Shown here one piece after another: positions 52,693-64,000 of a stretch of DNA of 64,000 nt (positions are counted from its first letter, which is position 1; each line of letters starts with the position of its first letter). The DNA comes from an uncultured Pseudomonadota bacterium. GTDB taxonomy: Bacteria > Pseudomonadota > Alphaproteobacteria > Caulobacterales > Caulobacteraceae. The translations under genes were made by a program, and so were the position numbers. The DNA lies in the NCBI GenBank assembly GCA_963837235.1, contig CAWIMM010000002.1:1354254-1418253 (forward strand), written 5' to 3'. A model generated the notes under the pieces. That model had not been told where the DNA came from, did no database searches, and was given only the letters and a program-made list of their open reading frames with translations.

Positions 52693-53814
52693 ATGCCCGG
52701 CCAGTTCCGCGCCGCCTACGAGGCGCGCCTCCGAAGCGGCGAGATGCGAACCGATCCCGCCCAGGCCGGCGCGGTGGCGGCGCTGGATCGTCTGGAGACC
52801 GCGCTTTCCGACGCCAAGCCCAACGGGATCGCTGCGCTCTTCAAGAAGCCCGAGCCGGTGCGCGGGGTCTATCTCTGGGGTCCGGTCGGACGCGGCAAGT
52901 CGGCGCTGATGGACCTCTTCTTCGAGACGGTCACAGTCGAGCCCAAGCGCCGCGTCCACTTCCACGTCTTCATGGCCGAGGCGCACGGCCTGGTGAACGC
53001 CTGGCGGAGGGGCGACCAGGCCGCGCGGCAGGCGAGGTTCGGGACCCACAAGGGCGACGATCCGGTCGCGCCCGCCGCCGAGGTGATCGCCAAGAGCGCG
53101 CGCCTGCTGGCGTTCGACGAGTTCCAGGTCACCGACATCGCCGATGCGATGATCCTCGGGCGGCTCTTCGAGCAGCTGTTCGCCCGCGGCGTCACCGTGG
53201 CCGCCACCTCCAACCGCGCGCCCGACGACCTCTACCACGGCGGACTCAACCGCCAGCTCTTCCTGCCGTTCATCGAGATGCTCAAAAGCCGGATGGAGGT
53301 CGTGCGGGTGGACGGTCAGAGTGACTACCGGCTGGAGCGATTGCGTGCAGCCGGCGCCTGGTTCTCGCCGATCGATCCCGACAACGAATCCGCCTTCGAT
53401 ACGCTGTGGCGCGAGATGCTGGGCGGCGATGCGGAGACCGGCGCGACGATCGAGGTGTTCGGCCGCCGCGAGCATTGGCCCAGAGCCGCCGGGGGCATGC
53501 TGCGCGCCCACTTTCAGAGCCTCTGCGGCGAGGCGCTCGGGCCGAACGACTACCTCGCGATCAGCGGACGGTTCGACACCCTCTTCCTGGAAGCGGTGCC
53601 GCGCCTCAAGCCCGAGGATCGCAGCGCCGCGCGGCGCCTGGCGACGCTGATCGACACCCTCTACGAGGCCCGCGCGCGGCTGGTGGTGCTGGCCGCCGCC
53701 GAGCCGTCGCGGCTCTATCCGCAAGGCGAGGGCTCGTTCGAGTTCGAGCGCGCCGCCTCGCGCCTGGAGGAGATGCGCTCGGCCGCCTGGCTGCAGGCGG
53801 AGCGCGCGTCCTGA
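52693..53814 (+). CDS. zapE: Cell division protein ZapE (AFG1-like ATPase)
   Basis: GVYLWGPVGRGKS, FDEFQVTDIADAMIL, TSNR, DYR, SRL.EM. Confidence 0.95.
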   Translation: MPGQFRAAYEARLRSGEMRTDPAQAGAVAALDRLETALSDAKPNGIAALFKKPEPVRGVYLWGPVGRGKSALMDLFFETVTVEPKRRVHFHVFMAEAHGLVNAWRRGDQAARQARFGTHKGDDPVAPAAEVIAKSARLLAFDEFQVTDIADAMILGRLFEQLFARGVTVAATSNRAPDDLYHGGLNRQLFLPFIEMLKSRMEVVRVDGQSDYRLERLRAAGAWFSPIDPDNESAFDTLWREMLGGDAETGATIEVFGRREHWPRAAGGMLRAHFQSLCGEALGPNDYLAISGRFDTLFLEAVPRLKPEDRSAARRLATLIDTLYEARARLVVLAAAEPSRLYPQGEGSFEFERAASRLEEMRSAAWLQAERAS

Positions 53815-53829
53815 CCGCCGATCCGCGCT

Positions 53830-54684
53830 TCAGGGGCGCGTGTTCGGCGTGAGGAGCTGCCCGGGACCGGCCCGGCCGCCGCTGGCTTTCAGCCCCGCGA
53901 TGTAGCGCAGCTCGTTCTGCGCCAGCGCGTTGCCCGGCTCGAGTTGCAGGGACGCCTCGTAGGCCTGCTGGGCCTCGTCGAGCCGCTGCAACTCGGTCAG
54001 GGCGAAGCCGAGATTGCGCAGCAGCCGCGCACGGTCGCTGGGCGCGAGGTTCGCCACGTCGAGGCCACGCTTCGCGCCGGCCAGCGCCGCGTCCCACCGC
54101 TTCAGCCCGAACAGCGCCACGTTGCGCTCGGTGATCAGCATCGGCGAGGCGGGCGCGGCCTCGAGCCCCTGCTCGAGTGCGGCCAGCGCCAAGTCGTAGC
54201 GGCCGGCCGCGTTCAGGTAGGACCCGAGATAGAAGCCGGCCACGGCGTAGGGATTGCCCTCGCACACGAGCTTGCGCCCACCGTTGGGTCCGCCCTTCAG
54301 CGTCGCGAAGAAAGCGATGCAGTCGGCCATCGAGTCGCCGCGGTAGACCACGCGGCCGCCGTCGACCCGCTCGCGGACGAACGGCCGCGGCATGTCGGCC
54401 AACACCGTGCGCAGCGCCGCCTCGTGCTCGCCGAGGCCCGCCATGCCGCGCTGGTTGAAGTCGGCGATCGCGGCCAGCGTGGCGTCGGCGTCCGGATCGC
54501 CGACACTGACGACGCGCCCGCCGGTTCCGGCGAACGCCGCCGCCGCCGGGTCGACATCAGGCAACGACTGCGCCACGCGAGGCGGTTGCCCGGCTGGGGC
54601 CCCGGGCGCGGATTGAGCGACGGCGGCGGCTGGGCCGCAAAGCGCCGCGAACGACGCGGCGACAGCCAGTCCGCGCATCGCCAT
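53830..54684 (-). CDS. Secreted tetratricopeptide repeat protein
   Basis: Signal peptide; TPR-like helices LRNLGFALTELQRLDEAQQAYEASLQLEPGN. Confidence 0.75.
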   Translation of the reverse strand: MAMRGLAVAASFAALCGPAAAVAQSAPGAPAGQPPRVAQSLPDVDPAAAAFAGTGGRVVSVGDPDADATLAAIADFNQRGMAGLGEHEAALRTVLADMPRPFVRERVDGGRVVYRGDSMADCIAFFATLKGGPNGGRKLVCEGNPYAVAGFYLGSYLNAAGRYDLALAALEQGLEAAPASPMLITERNVALFGLKRWDAALAGAKRGLDVANLAPSDRARLLRNLGFALTELQRLDEAQQAYEASLQLEPGNALAQNELRYIAGLKASGGRAGPGQLLTPNTRP

Positions 54685-54818
54685 CGGCAGTCCTCCCAGC
54701 CGCACTGCGACTATGGGAAGACCAGAGCGCGCAACGCAACCCTTCGGCGCCGCCCTCGCGTTGACACCCCCCCGCCGGGGCTTAAAAGACCGCCACCGCA
54801 GAACGAGGGGACCAGGAG

Positions 54819-55241
54819 ATGGCCGACGCTGCGCCGGGGCCAAGGCCGCGGCCGATCTCGCCGAACATCCAGCTCGACGGCGGCGTCTGGCGCTGGCACG
54901 TCACCATGGTCGCCTCGATCCTGCACCGCGCCACGGGCATGGGTCTTTACGTCGGCGCGCTGGTGCTGATGGCCTGGGCCCTGTCGCTGGCGGCGGGGCC
55001 TGGCGCCTACGGGACCTTTCAGGACCTGGCCGGCTCGCTGATCGGCAAGCTGGTGTTCATCGGCCTGACCCTCTGCGTCTTCTACCATATGGCCAACGGC
55101 GTGCGGCACCTCGTCTGGGACGCCGGCTACGGCTTCAGGCCGAAGACCGCCGACGCCACCGCCTGGCTGGTGTTCGGCTTCGCCCTCGTCGCCACCATCC
55201 TCTTCTGGACGCTGATCCTGACCACGGGGGTCTCCACATGA
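54819..55241 (+). CDS. sdhC: Succinate dehydrogenase cytochrome b556 subunit
   Basis: [24 protein letters not shown]. Confidence 0.95.
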   Translation: MADAAPGPRPRPISPNIQLDGGVWRWHVTMVASILHRATGMGLYVGALVLMAWALSLAAGPGAYGTFQDLAGSLIGKLVFIGLTLCVFYHMANGVRHLVWDAGYGFRPKTADATAWLVFGFALVATILFWTLILTTGVST

Positions 55242-55636
55242 GCGTCGTCCGCTCGCCGCTCGGCCGGGCGCGGGGCATGGGCTCGGCCAAGCACGGCGTC
55301 GGCCACTTCATCGCCCAGCGCGTCACCGCGATGGCCCTCCTCCTGCTGCTGCTCTGGGGCGCGGCCTCCGCGGTCGGCCTCGCGCACGGCGACTACGGCA
55401 CGGCCAGCGACTGGCTGCACTCGCCGCTGAACGCCGCGCTCGCCTCGCTGCTGGCCTTCGCCGCCTTCTGGCACATGCAGCTCGGCATGCGGGTGATCAT
55501 CGAGGACTACTTCCAGAAGGCCGGGACCAAGGGGGCGCTGCTGGTGCTGAACATCTTCGTCTGCTGGCTTGGCGGCGCGCTGACGATCCTGTCGATCCTG
55601 AAGGTGGCGTTCTCGGCCGCCGGAGTGAGTGTCTGA
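55238..55636 (+). CDS. sdhD: Succinate dehydrogenase membrane anchor subunit
   Basis: [24 protein letters not shown]. Confidence 0.93.
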   Translation: MSVVRSPLGRARGMGSAKHGVGHFIAQRVTAMALLLLLLWGAASAVGLAHGDYGTASDWLHSPLNAALASLLAFAAFWHMQLGMRVIIEDYFQKAGTKGALLVLNIFVCWLGGALTILSILKVAFSAAGVSV

Positions 55637-57423
55637 TGCCGGCCTACGAGCTCATCGATCACCAGTTCGACGTCGTCGTGGTCGGCGCGGGCGGCTCAGG
55701 GCTACGGGCCGCGCTCGGCTGCGCCGAGGCCGGCCTGAAGACCGCCTGCATCACCAAGGTCTTCCCGACCCGCTCCCACACAGTCGCCGCCCAGGGCGGC
55801 TTCGCCGCCGCCCTCGGCAACATGGGCGAGGACGACTGGCGCTGGCACATGTACGACACCGTCAAGGGCTCCGACTGGCTCGGCGACCAGGACTCGATCG
55901 AGTACATGGTCCGCCACGCGCCGGCGGCGGTCTACGAGCTCGAGCACTGGGGCATGCCGTTCACCCGCACGGACGACGGCAGGATCTACCAGCGCGCCTT
56001 CGGCGGCATGACCCGCAACTTCGGCGAGGCGCCGATCCAGCGCACCTGCGCGGCGGCCGACCGCACCGGCCACGCCATGCTCCACACCATGTACGGCCAG
56101 TCGCTGCGCCATGCGGTGGAGTTCTTCATCGAGTACTTCGCCCTCGACCTGATCATGGACGAGGGCGTCTGCCGGGGCCTCACCGCCTGGAGGCTCGACG
56201 ACGGCACGCTGCATCGCTTCCGCGCGCAGACCACGATCGTCGCCACCGGCGGCTACGGGCGCGTCTACCAGACCTGCACCGGCGCTCACACCCAGACCGG
56301 CGACGGCTGCGGCATGGCGCTTCGGGCCGGACTGCCGCTGCAGGACATGGAGTTCATCCAGTTCCACCCCACCGGGATCTATGGCGCGGGATGCCTGATC
56401 ACCGAGGGCGCGCGAGGCGAGGGCGGCTACCTCACCAACTCCGAAGGCGAGCGCTTCATGGAGCGCTACGCGCCGACGGTGAAGGACCTCGCGCCGCGCG
56501 ACATGGTGAGCCGCGCGATGACCATCGAGATCCGCGAGGGACGCGGCGTCGGGCCGAAAAAGGACCACATCTACCTGCACCTCGACCACCTGGACCCCAA
56601 GGTGCTGCATGAGCGGCTGCCGGGCATCTCCGAGACGGCGCGCATCTTCGCCGGCGTCGACCTCACCAAGGAGCCGATCCCGGTGCTGCCGACCGCGCAC
56701 TACTACATGGGCGGATTGCAGACGAACTACCACGGCGAGGTGGTGACGCTGGCGAACGGTGATCCCGACACGGTGATCCCGGGGCTGATGGCGGTGGGCG
56801 AGGCGGCCTGCGTCTCGGTGCACGGCTCCAACCGGCTGGGCTCCAACTCGCTGCTCGACATCGTCGTGTTCGGTCGCGCCGCCGGCCTGCGCTGTGGCGA
56901 GCTGTTGAAGGCCGGCGCGAACCAGCCGGAGCCCAAGGCCGCCTGGACCGATCCGCACCTCGCTCGCTTCGACCGCTTCCGCAACGCCTCCGGCGCCACG
57001 CCGACCGCCGCGCTGCGGCTCGAGATGCAGGTCGCCATGCAGGAGGACGCGGCCGTGTTCCGCAAGGCGGAGTCGCTGGAATCAGGCGTGGCGCGCCTCG
57101 CCGAGGTGCACGCGAAGCGGGTCGATCTCTCGGTCACCGACCGCGGCCTCATCTGGAACACCGACCTCGTCGAGACGCTGGAGCTCGACAACATGATCGC
57201 CCAGGCCGCGGTGGCGGTGAACGCCGCGCTGAACCGCACCGAAAGCCGCGGCGCCCACGCCCGGGAGGACTTCCCCGAGCGCGACGACGTCAACTGGCTG
57301 AAGCACTCGCTGACCTGGTTCGACGACGCGACCGGCCAGGTGCGGATCGACTACCGCCCGGTGCACATGCAGCCGATGAGCAACGACATCGCCTCCATCC
57401 CGCCGAAGGCGCGGGTGTACTGA
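55636..57423 (+). CDS. sdhA: Succinate dehydrogenase flavoprotein subunit
   Basis: [39 protein letters not shown]. Confidence 0.98.
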   Translation: MPAYELIDHQFDVVVVGAGGSGLRAALGCAEAGLKTACITKVFPTRSHTVAAQGGFAAALGNMGEDDWRWHMYDTVKGSDWLGDQDSIEYMVRHAPAAVYELEHWGMPFTRTDDGRIYQRAFGGMTRNFGEAPIQRTCAAADRTGHAMLHTMYGQSLRHAVEFFIEYFALDLIMDEGVCRGLTAWRLDDGTLHRFRAQTTIVATGGYGRVYQTCTGAHTQTGDGCGMALRAGLPLQDMEFIQFHPTGIYGAGCLITEGARGEGGYLTNSEGERFMERYAPTVKDLAPRDMVSRAMTIEIREGRGVGPKKDHIYLHLDHLDPKVLHERLPGISETARIFAGVDLTKEPIPVLPTAHYYMGGLQTNYHGEVVTLANGDPDTVIPGLMAVGEAACVSVHGSNRLGSNSLLDIVVFGRAAGLRCGELLKAGANQPEPKAAWTDPHLARFDRFRNASGATPTAALRLEMQVAMQEDAAVFRKAESLESGVARLAEVHAKRVDLSVTDRGLIWNTDLVETLELDNMIAQAAVAVNAALNRTESRGAHAREDFPERDDVNWLKHSLTWFDDATGQVRIDYRPVHMQPMSNDIASIPPKARVY

Positions 57424-57430
57424 GACGAGC

Positions 57431-57578
57431 TATCCCTCCCCTTCATGGGGAGGGTGATCGCGCAGCGACCGGGTGGGGGAGTCTGGCGACAGGCTCCCCT
57501 TTTTCCGTTGACGTGTCCGACATCCCCACCCGGCCGATGCTGGCGCATCGGCCACCCTCCCCATGAAGGGGAGGGATA
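57431..57578. repeat. Palindromic element, family F
   Basis: TATCCCTCCCCTTCATGGGGAGGGTG/CACCCTCCCCATGAAGGGGAGGGATA perfect 26-bp IR. Confidence 0.88.
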
Positions 57579-57583
57579 ACTCG

Positions 57584-57615
57584 TTGACACAATGTACTTT
57601 GCAATACAAAGTACA
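57584..57615 (+). promoter_or_regulatory. TTGACA -35 element with overlapping palindromic operator upstream of creD
   Basis: TTGACA at 57584; TGTACTTTG-caata-CAAAGTACA at 57593-57615. Confidence 0.7.
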
Positions 57616-57641
57616 CGGCCGATCCATCAAGGAGCTAAGCG

Positions 57642-59093
57642 ATGGCGGATGCGGGCGCGGCGGCGGGACGGCTTTCGCGGGCGGTGGTTTCGGCGGGCTG
57701 GGGCGCCAAGGCGATGCTGGTCTTCGCGCTGGCCGGGCTGATGGCCATCCCCGGGCTCTTCGTGTTCGCCCTGGTGCAGGACCGCCAGCAGCGGGCCGAG
57801 CAGGTGACGCAGGAGGTCTCGTCGCTGGAGGGCGGGCCGCAGCAGCTGCTGGGGCCGATGCTGATCGCGCCCTACACCGCGCCCAAGCCGCCGACCACCG
57901 ACTCCAGCGGCGTCGAGCACCCGCAGCCTCCGGAGACCGGCTGGTACGTGGTCTCGCCCGAGCAGGGCGCCACCTTCGTGCGGCTGAACGCTGCCAGCCG
58001 TCGCCGCAGCATCTTCAAGGTGCCGGTCTACGAGGCGCAGGCGGAAATCGACGCGCATTTCGCCCCGCTGCCGGCCAACGTGAACCTGCCGGCCGGCTCG
58101 ACCGTCGACTGGCAGGCCGCGCGCATCGTCGTCGGCCTCTCGGACCTGCGCGGCGCCAAGAGCGATACGGGCGTGCTCGCCGGGCCTGGCGGCAAGACCG
58201 ACCTCGCCTTCACGCCGGCCTCGGAGATCTCGCTGGGATCGCCCCGCGCGGCCGCCAACGCGCCGGACAGGGACACGCCCGCCAAGCCGGGCGGCTACGG
58301 GCTCGTCTCGGCGCCGGCCGCGGGGCTGGTCGGCGCGCAGGGCGGCGACGTGCACGTCTCGCTGCGCTTCACCGGCGCCGAGCGCCTCAGCGTGATGCCG
58401 TTCGCCAAGTCGACCACGGTGCGGGTTACGGGCGACTGGCCGGCGCCGTCGTTCGACGGCGGCTATCTGCCGGAGCCGCCGCGGCTCGGTCCGCAGGGCT
58501 TCGCCGCCGCCTGGAGCGTGCCCTTCATCGCGCGCGGCCTCTCCGACCACGCCAGCGCCGAGGCGCTCTCGCTCGAACAGCTGGGCGCCAAGGACCTCGG
58601 CGTCAGCCTCGTGCCGACCAGCAACCCCTACCAGACGCTGATGCGCTCGCTGAAGTACGCGGTGATGTTCGTGGGCCTGGTGTTCCTGACCTTCTTCGTC
58701 TTCGAGGCGCTGTCGGGGACGCGGGTGCACCCGGCCCAGTATCTGCTGGTCGGCTCGGCGCAGATGGTCTTCTACCTGCTGCTGCTCAGCCTTTCCGAAT
58801 ACGTCGGCTTCGACTGGGCGTTCGCGGCGGCGGCGTCAGCGACGGTGCTGCTGATGGGCCTCTACGCCGGCTCGGCCTTCCGCAGCCGGGCGCGGGGCGT
58901 CCAGGCCCTGGCGGTGTTCGCGGTGGTCTACGGCCTCATCTACCTCCTGATGCGGCTCGAGGACTTCGCCCTCTTGGCCGGCTCGCTCGCCAGCTTCGTC
59001 GGCCTCGCCGGCGCCATGTACCTGACCCGCAATCTCGACTGGTACGGTGGCAAGGCCGCGCCCAAGGAGGCCGCGCCGGCGGCCGGCGCATAG
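57642..59093 (+). CDS. creD: Cell envelope integrity inner membrane protein CreD
   Basis: Q.LLGP.L.APY, SDLRG, WPAPSFDG, GF.A.W, RSLKYA, HPAQYLLVG, FYLLLLSLSE, MYLTR.LDWY. Confidence 0.92.
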   Translation: MADAGAAAGRLSRAVVSAGWGAKAMLVFALAGLMAIPGLFVFALVQDRQQRAEQVTQEVSSLEGGPQQLLGPMLIAPYTAPKPPTTDSSGVEHPQPPETGWYVVSPEQGATFVRLNAASRRRSIFKVPVYEAQAEIDAHFAPLPANVNLPAGSTVDWQAARIVVGLSDLRGAKSDTGVLAGPGGKTDLAFTPASEISLGSPRAAANAPDRDTPAKPGGYGLVSAPAAGLVGAQGGDVHVSLRFTGAERLSVMPFAKSTTVRVTGDWPAPSFDGGYLPEPPRLGPQGFAAAWSVPFIARGLSDHASAEALSLEQLGAKDLGVSLVPTSNPYQTLMRSLKYAVMFVGLVFLTFFVFEALSGTRVHPAQYLLVGSAQMVFYLLLLSLSEYVGFDWAFAAAASATVLLMGLYAGSAFRSRARGVQALAVFAVVYGLIYLLMRLEDFALLAGSLASFVGLAGAMYLTRNLDWYGGKAAPKEAAPAAGA

Positions 59094-59147
59094 ACAAGCC
59101 GGGCGGCGGCGGTCTAGGACCATGCCATTCCTCCCTAAGGAGCCGGC

Positions 59148-59930
59148 ATGGTCGAGCTGACGCTTCCGAAGAACTCCAGGATCGGCAAGGGCGTGCGCCA
59201 TCGCGCCCCCAACGGCGCCGGCCGGCTGAAGCTGTTCCGCATCTATCGCTACGACCCGGAGGGGACCGAGAACCCGCGCTGGGACGAGTACGAGGTGAAG
59301 GTCGACGAGTGCGGCCCGATGGTCCTCGACGTGCTGATCCACATCAAGAACACCATGGATTCGACGCTGGCCTTCCGCCGCTCGTGCCGCGAGGGGGTCT
59401 GCGGCTCGTGCGCGATGAACATCGGCGGGCGCAACACGCTGGCCTGCACGCACGGCTGGGAAGAGGCGCCGGGCGAGGCGGTGCAGATCGCGCCGCTGCC
59501 GAGCCAGCCGGTGGTCAAGGACCTGATCCCGGACCTGACCCTGTTCTACGCGCAGTACGCCTCGATCGAGCCGTGGCTGCACACCGAGAGCCCCGCGCCG
59601 CAGAAGGAATGGCTGCAGTCGCCCGAGGACCGCGAGAAGCTCGACGGCCTCTACGAGTGCATCCTCTGCGCCTGCTGCTCGACGTCCTGCCCGAGCTACT
59701 GGTGGAACGAGGACCGGTTCCTCGGCCCGGCGACGCTGCTGCAGTCCTACCGCTGGATCATCGATTCCCGCGACGAGGCGACCGGCGAGCGGCTCGACAA
59801 CCTCGAGGACCCGTTCAAGCTCTATCGCTGCCACACCATCCTGAACTGCGCCCAGGTGTGTCCGAAAGGGCTCAACCCCTCCAAGGCGATCGCTGAGGTG
59901 AAGAAGATGCTGGTCGAGCGCGTCGTCTAA
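59148..59930 (+). CDS. sdhB: Succinate dehydrogenase iron-sulfur subunit
   Basis: [32 protein letters not shown]...CP. Confidence 0.98.
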   Translation: MVELTLPKNSRIGKGVRHRAPNGAGRLKLFRIYRYDPEGTENPRWDEYEVKVDECGPMVLDVLIHIKNTMDSTLAFRRSCREGVCGSCAMNIGGRNTLACTHGWEEAPGEAVQIAPLPSQPVVKDLIPDLTLFYAQYASIEPWLHTESPAPQKEWLQSPEDREKLDGLYECILCACCSTSCPSYWWNEDRFLGPATLLQSYRWIIDSRDEATGERLDNLEDPFKLYRCHTILNCAQVCPKGLNPSKAIAEVKKMLVERVV

Positions 59931-60003
59931 AGTCCGAGGCTTGCGGCGCATGACCAAATCGTAAAGTTGACGGCGGCGTCATTATTCTGCATCGGGACGG
60001 GCC

Positions 60004-61577
<1,574 letters not shown>

Positions 61578-61599
61578 CGGAGGCGGCAGACGAGCCGCC

Positions 61600-61726
61600 G
61601 GCGTGGCTGCGCCGCAGGCGCTGTTGCTAACCGCTGAGCACGCAGAGAAGGCGCAGAGGGCGCAGAGGGCCTCGCACTCTCTGCGTCCTCAGCGAATCCT
61701 CCGCGAACTCTGCGGTTAGAGCGGCG
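61600..61726. repeat. Palindromic element, family D
   Basis: GCGCCGCAGGCGC..CTAACCGC...CGCAGAG subrepeats...CTCTGCGGTTAG between convergent genes. Confidence 0.78.
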
Positions 61727-61777
61727 ACTCCGCCGCCCGGCACTCTCGGACAAGAGCGCTCTCGCGCCGCCGCTCGG

Positions 61778-64000
61778 TTAGAACAGCTCCGGCGCCGCGG
61801 CGTGGAGCGTGCGCGGCTTCGGGCAGGTGGCAGGTGAAGGTGGCGCCGGACGCCGGGCTCGCTCTCCAGCGCCACCCAGCCGCCATGCAGCTCCACCAGC
61901 GCCTTGACCAGCGCGAGGCCGAGGCCCGGACCGCCCTGGTCGCGGCCGACGAAGCGGTCGAAGATGTGCGCCTGCACGTGGAACGGGATGCCGCGGCCGG
62001 TGTCGGCGACGATCAGGCGCACCTCGCCGCCGCCGCGCTCGGCCGTCAGCGTGACGAGGCCGCCGGCCGGGGTTTGCCGCAGCGCGTTCTCGATCAGGTG
62101 GTCGAGCATCTGGCCGAGCCGGCGCGAGTCGCCGCGGATCAGGCCGACGTCGGCGACGGCGGCGACGGTGAGCAGCACCTTGGCGGCGTCGGCCGTCTGC
62201 GCCCAGCGCCCGGCGGCCGCTTCCAGCAGCCGCCCGACGTTCGACGTCCTCCATGTCCAGCGCCATCTCGTCGGCGTCGATCTGGGCGATGTCGAGCACG
62301 TCGTCGATCGAGCGGCCAAGCTGCATGGCCGCCGCCCGCACCGCCGCCACGTGGCCGCGGCCGCGGTCGGAGAGGCCCTCGCCGGCCCGCTCCAGCAGCT
62401 CGGAGTAGCCGATGATGGTGGTGAGCGGGGTTCGCAGCTCGTAGGAGACGTTGCCGACGAAGTCGCGCTTCAGCCGCTCGGCCTCGGCCAGCGCCGCCTC
62501 GCGGTCCTGCAGCGCCGCCTCCAGATGGCGGGTGTCGGTGACGTCGACGAAGCCGATCAGGGTCGCCCCGTCCGGCAGCGGCCGCGACTGGAAGGCGACG
62601 ATGCGGCGCGTCGGCGGTGGTCAGCTCCTCCGAGATCGGCGCGCGCGCCTTCGGCTCCGGATCGGTGACGCGCGCCTTCAGGTCGCGCCAGAACTGGCGG
62701 TCGTGCAGGCGGCGCAGGCACAGCTCCTCGACGCCCTCGAAGTCGGCGGCGGCCGCCAGCTGGGCGGCGCTGACGTTCCAGAACCGCTCGAACGCCTCGT
62801 TGTGCAGCTTCAGCCGCCCGTCGGAGGAGAACACCGCCACCGCGTCGGTCAGCTTGTCGAGCGTCGCCTGCTGAACCTGGATCAGGGCGTTGAACTCGGC
62901 CTTCAGCTTCAGCTCGTCGGTGATGTCGGAGAACAGCAGCAGCAGGCCGCCGCCGGGGTGGGGCTGGCGCACGACCCGCAGCGTGCGCGCGTCGGGCAGC
63001 CGCCAGAGGTCCTCGGCCGGCGCCAGCGCCTCGTAGGCGGCGAGCTCGGCGGCTTTCCACTTGGCGTAGTCGGCGGTCTCGGGCAGGCGGCGGCGCTGGC
63101 GCAGGCGATCGAGCAGCTCGCCGTGGCTCGGCCGCTCGGCGAGCCAGGCCGGCTCCAGCCCCCAGAGCTCGGCGAAGGCGGCGTTGTTGAAGGCGAGCAG
63201 CCGGTCGCGGCCGAAGATCGCGACGCCCTTCGCGGATCTGGTTCAGGGTCTGGTCCTGCGCCTCGAGCGCGCGCTTCAGGCTCTCGGCGGCTTCCTCCGC
63301 CTCGGTGACGTCCTCCGACCAGACGCCGACCTGGCCGCCGTCCAGCGGCTGGGCGGTGAGGCGGAAGGCGCGCCGGCGCCCGCGCGCCGCGGCCCAGCGC
63401 ACCGCCTCGCGCCGCTCGCCGGCCCGGGCGGCCTCGCGGGCCAGGTCGTCGCCGGCGCGATCGAAGGTGAGGCCCTTGCTCGCGCGCCGCCGCCAGGCTG
63501 GCGGCGCCGGCCGCATCGAGCCAGGCGCGGTTGGCGAACACCGGCGCGCCGTCGGCCGCGGCGATCCAGGCGGGCGTGGCGCGGGCGTCGAGGAAGGCCG
63601 CCAGCCGCGCCGCGCTCGGCAGGCCGGCGTCGGCGCCGATCGGCGGCGAGCCGCAGGAAGGCGAGCGCGCCCGCCGCGCGGCCCTCCACGGCGACGCCGC
63701 CGCCGGGACCCGCCGCCTCGAAGGCGCAGGGCGCGCCGCTCTCCACGAGCGCCCTCAGCTGCGCGCCATGGCCCGCATCGAGCGCGGCGAGCTGCGCCAC
63801 GACGGCCTCGGCGTCGCCGCCCGCCGCGCCCGGCCGTCCCACGCCAAGCCGTTCGGCGCAGAGCGCCAGGCTCTCCTCGCCCGCCATCAGCCGGGCCGGG
63901 CCGTCGCCAAGGCCGATCAGCGCGGTCTCGAAGGCCTCGGCGGCGGCTTGGCCAGCCGGGCGATCGCCTCGGCGAGCGCGTCTGCCGTCGCCGGAGCGCC
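61778..64000 (-). CDS. divL: DivL PAS-domain pseudokinase (N-terminus beyond window; frameshifted)
   Basis: H-box reads FVGNVSYELRTPL (His replaced by Tyr); multiple PAS segments; degenerate G2 box GPGLGLAL. Confidence 0.88.

Noticed and set aside
59968-59981. TGACG-N4-CGTCA palindrome upstream of the ferredoxin reductase
   Set aside because: Only 5-bp arms in GC-rich DNA; not distinguishable from chance by eye
62430-62465. His-to-Tyr kinase H-box as a novelty
   Set aside because: This is the established DivL signature

Overview
A very GC-rich alphaproteobacterial chromosome segment, most likely Caulobacteraceae (Phenylobacterium/Caulobacter-like), judged from a DivL-type SYELRTPL kinase, a KidO-like gene and the trpFBA-accD-folC and tsaE-amgK-murU-addBA-trxA synteny. 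It is mostly core genome: molybdenum cofactor genes with an IorAB-type molybdoenzyme, acyl-CoA catabolism, rbfA-truB-rpsO-pnp, ubiD, the trp operon, addAB, zapE, sdhCDA(creD)B, a ferredoxin pair and divL. Many genes, including core ones such as pnp, folC and addA, carry single-base frameshifts. These are most simply read as long-read indel errors, so such genes are called as single CDSs with approximate internal frames. No rRNA, tRNA, CRISPR array or transposase was found. Notable features: (1) a general-stress-response island with three sigmaT/EcfG-type promoters and an unannotated GsrN-like sRNA; (2) at least six families of palindromic REP/MITE-like elements, several nested inside each other reciprocally, including one at rbfA-truB flanked by a duplicated stop/start junction and spanned by an ORF that could preserve translational coupling; (3) two divergent tandem accD paralogs; (4) creD with a perfect palindromic operator splitting sdhA from sdhB; (5) an 800-bp gene-free region with an orphan promoter, a boxA-like motif and a multibranched hairpin.
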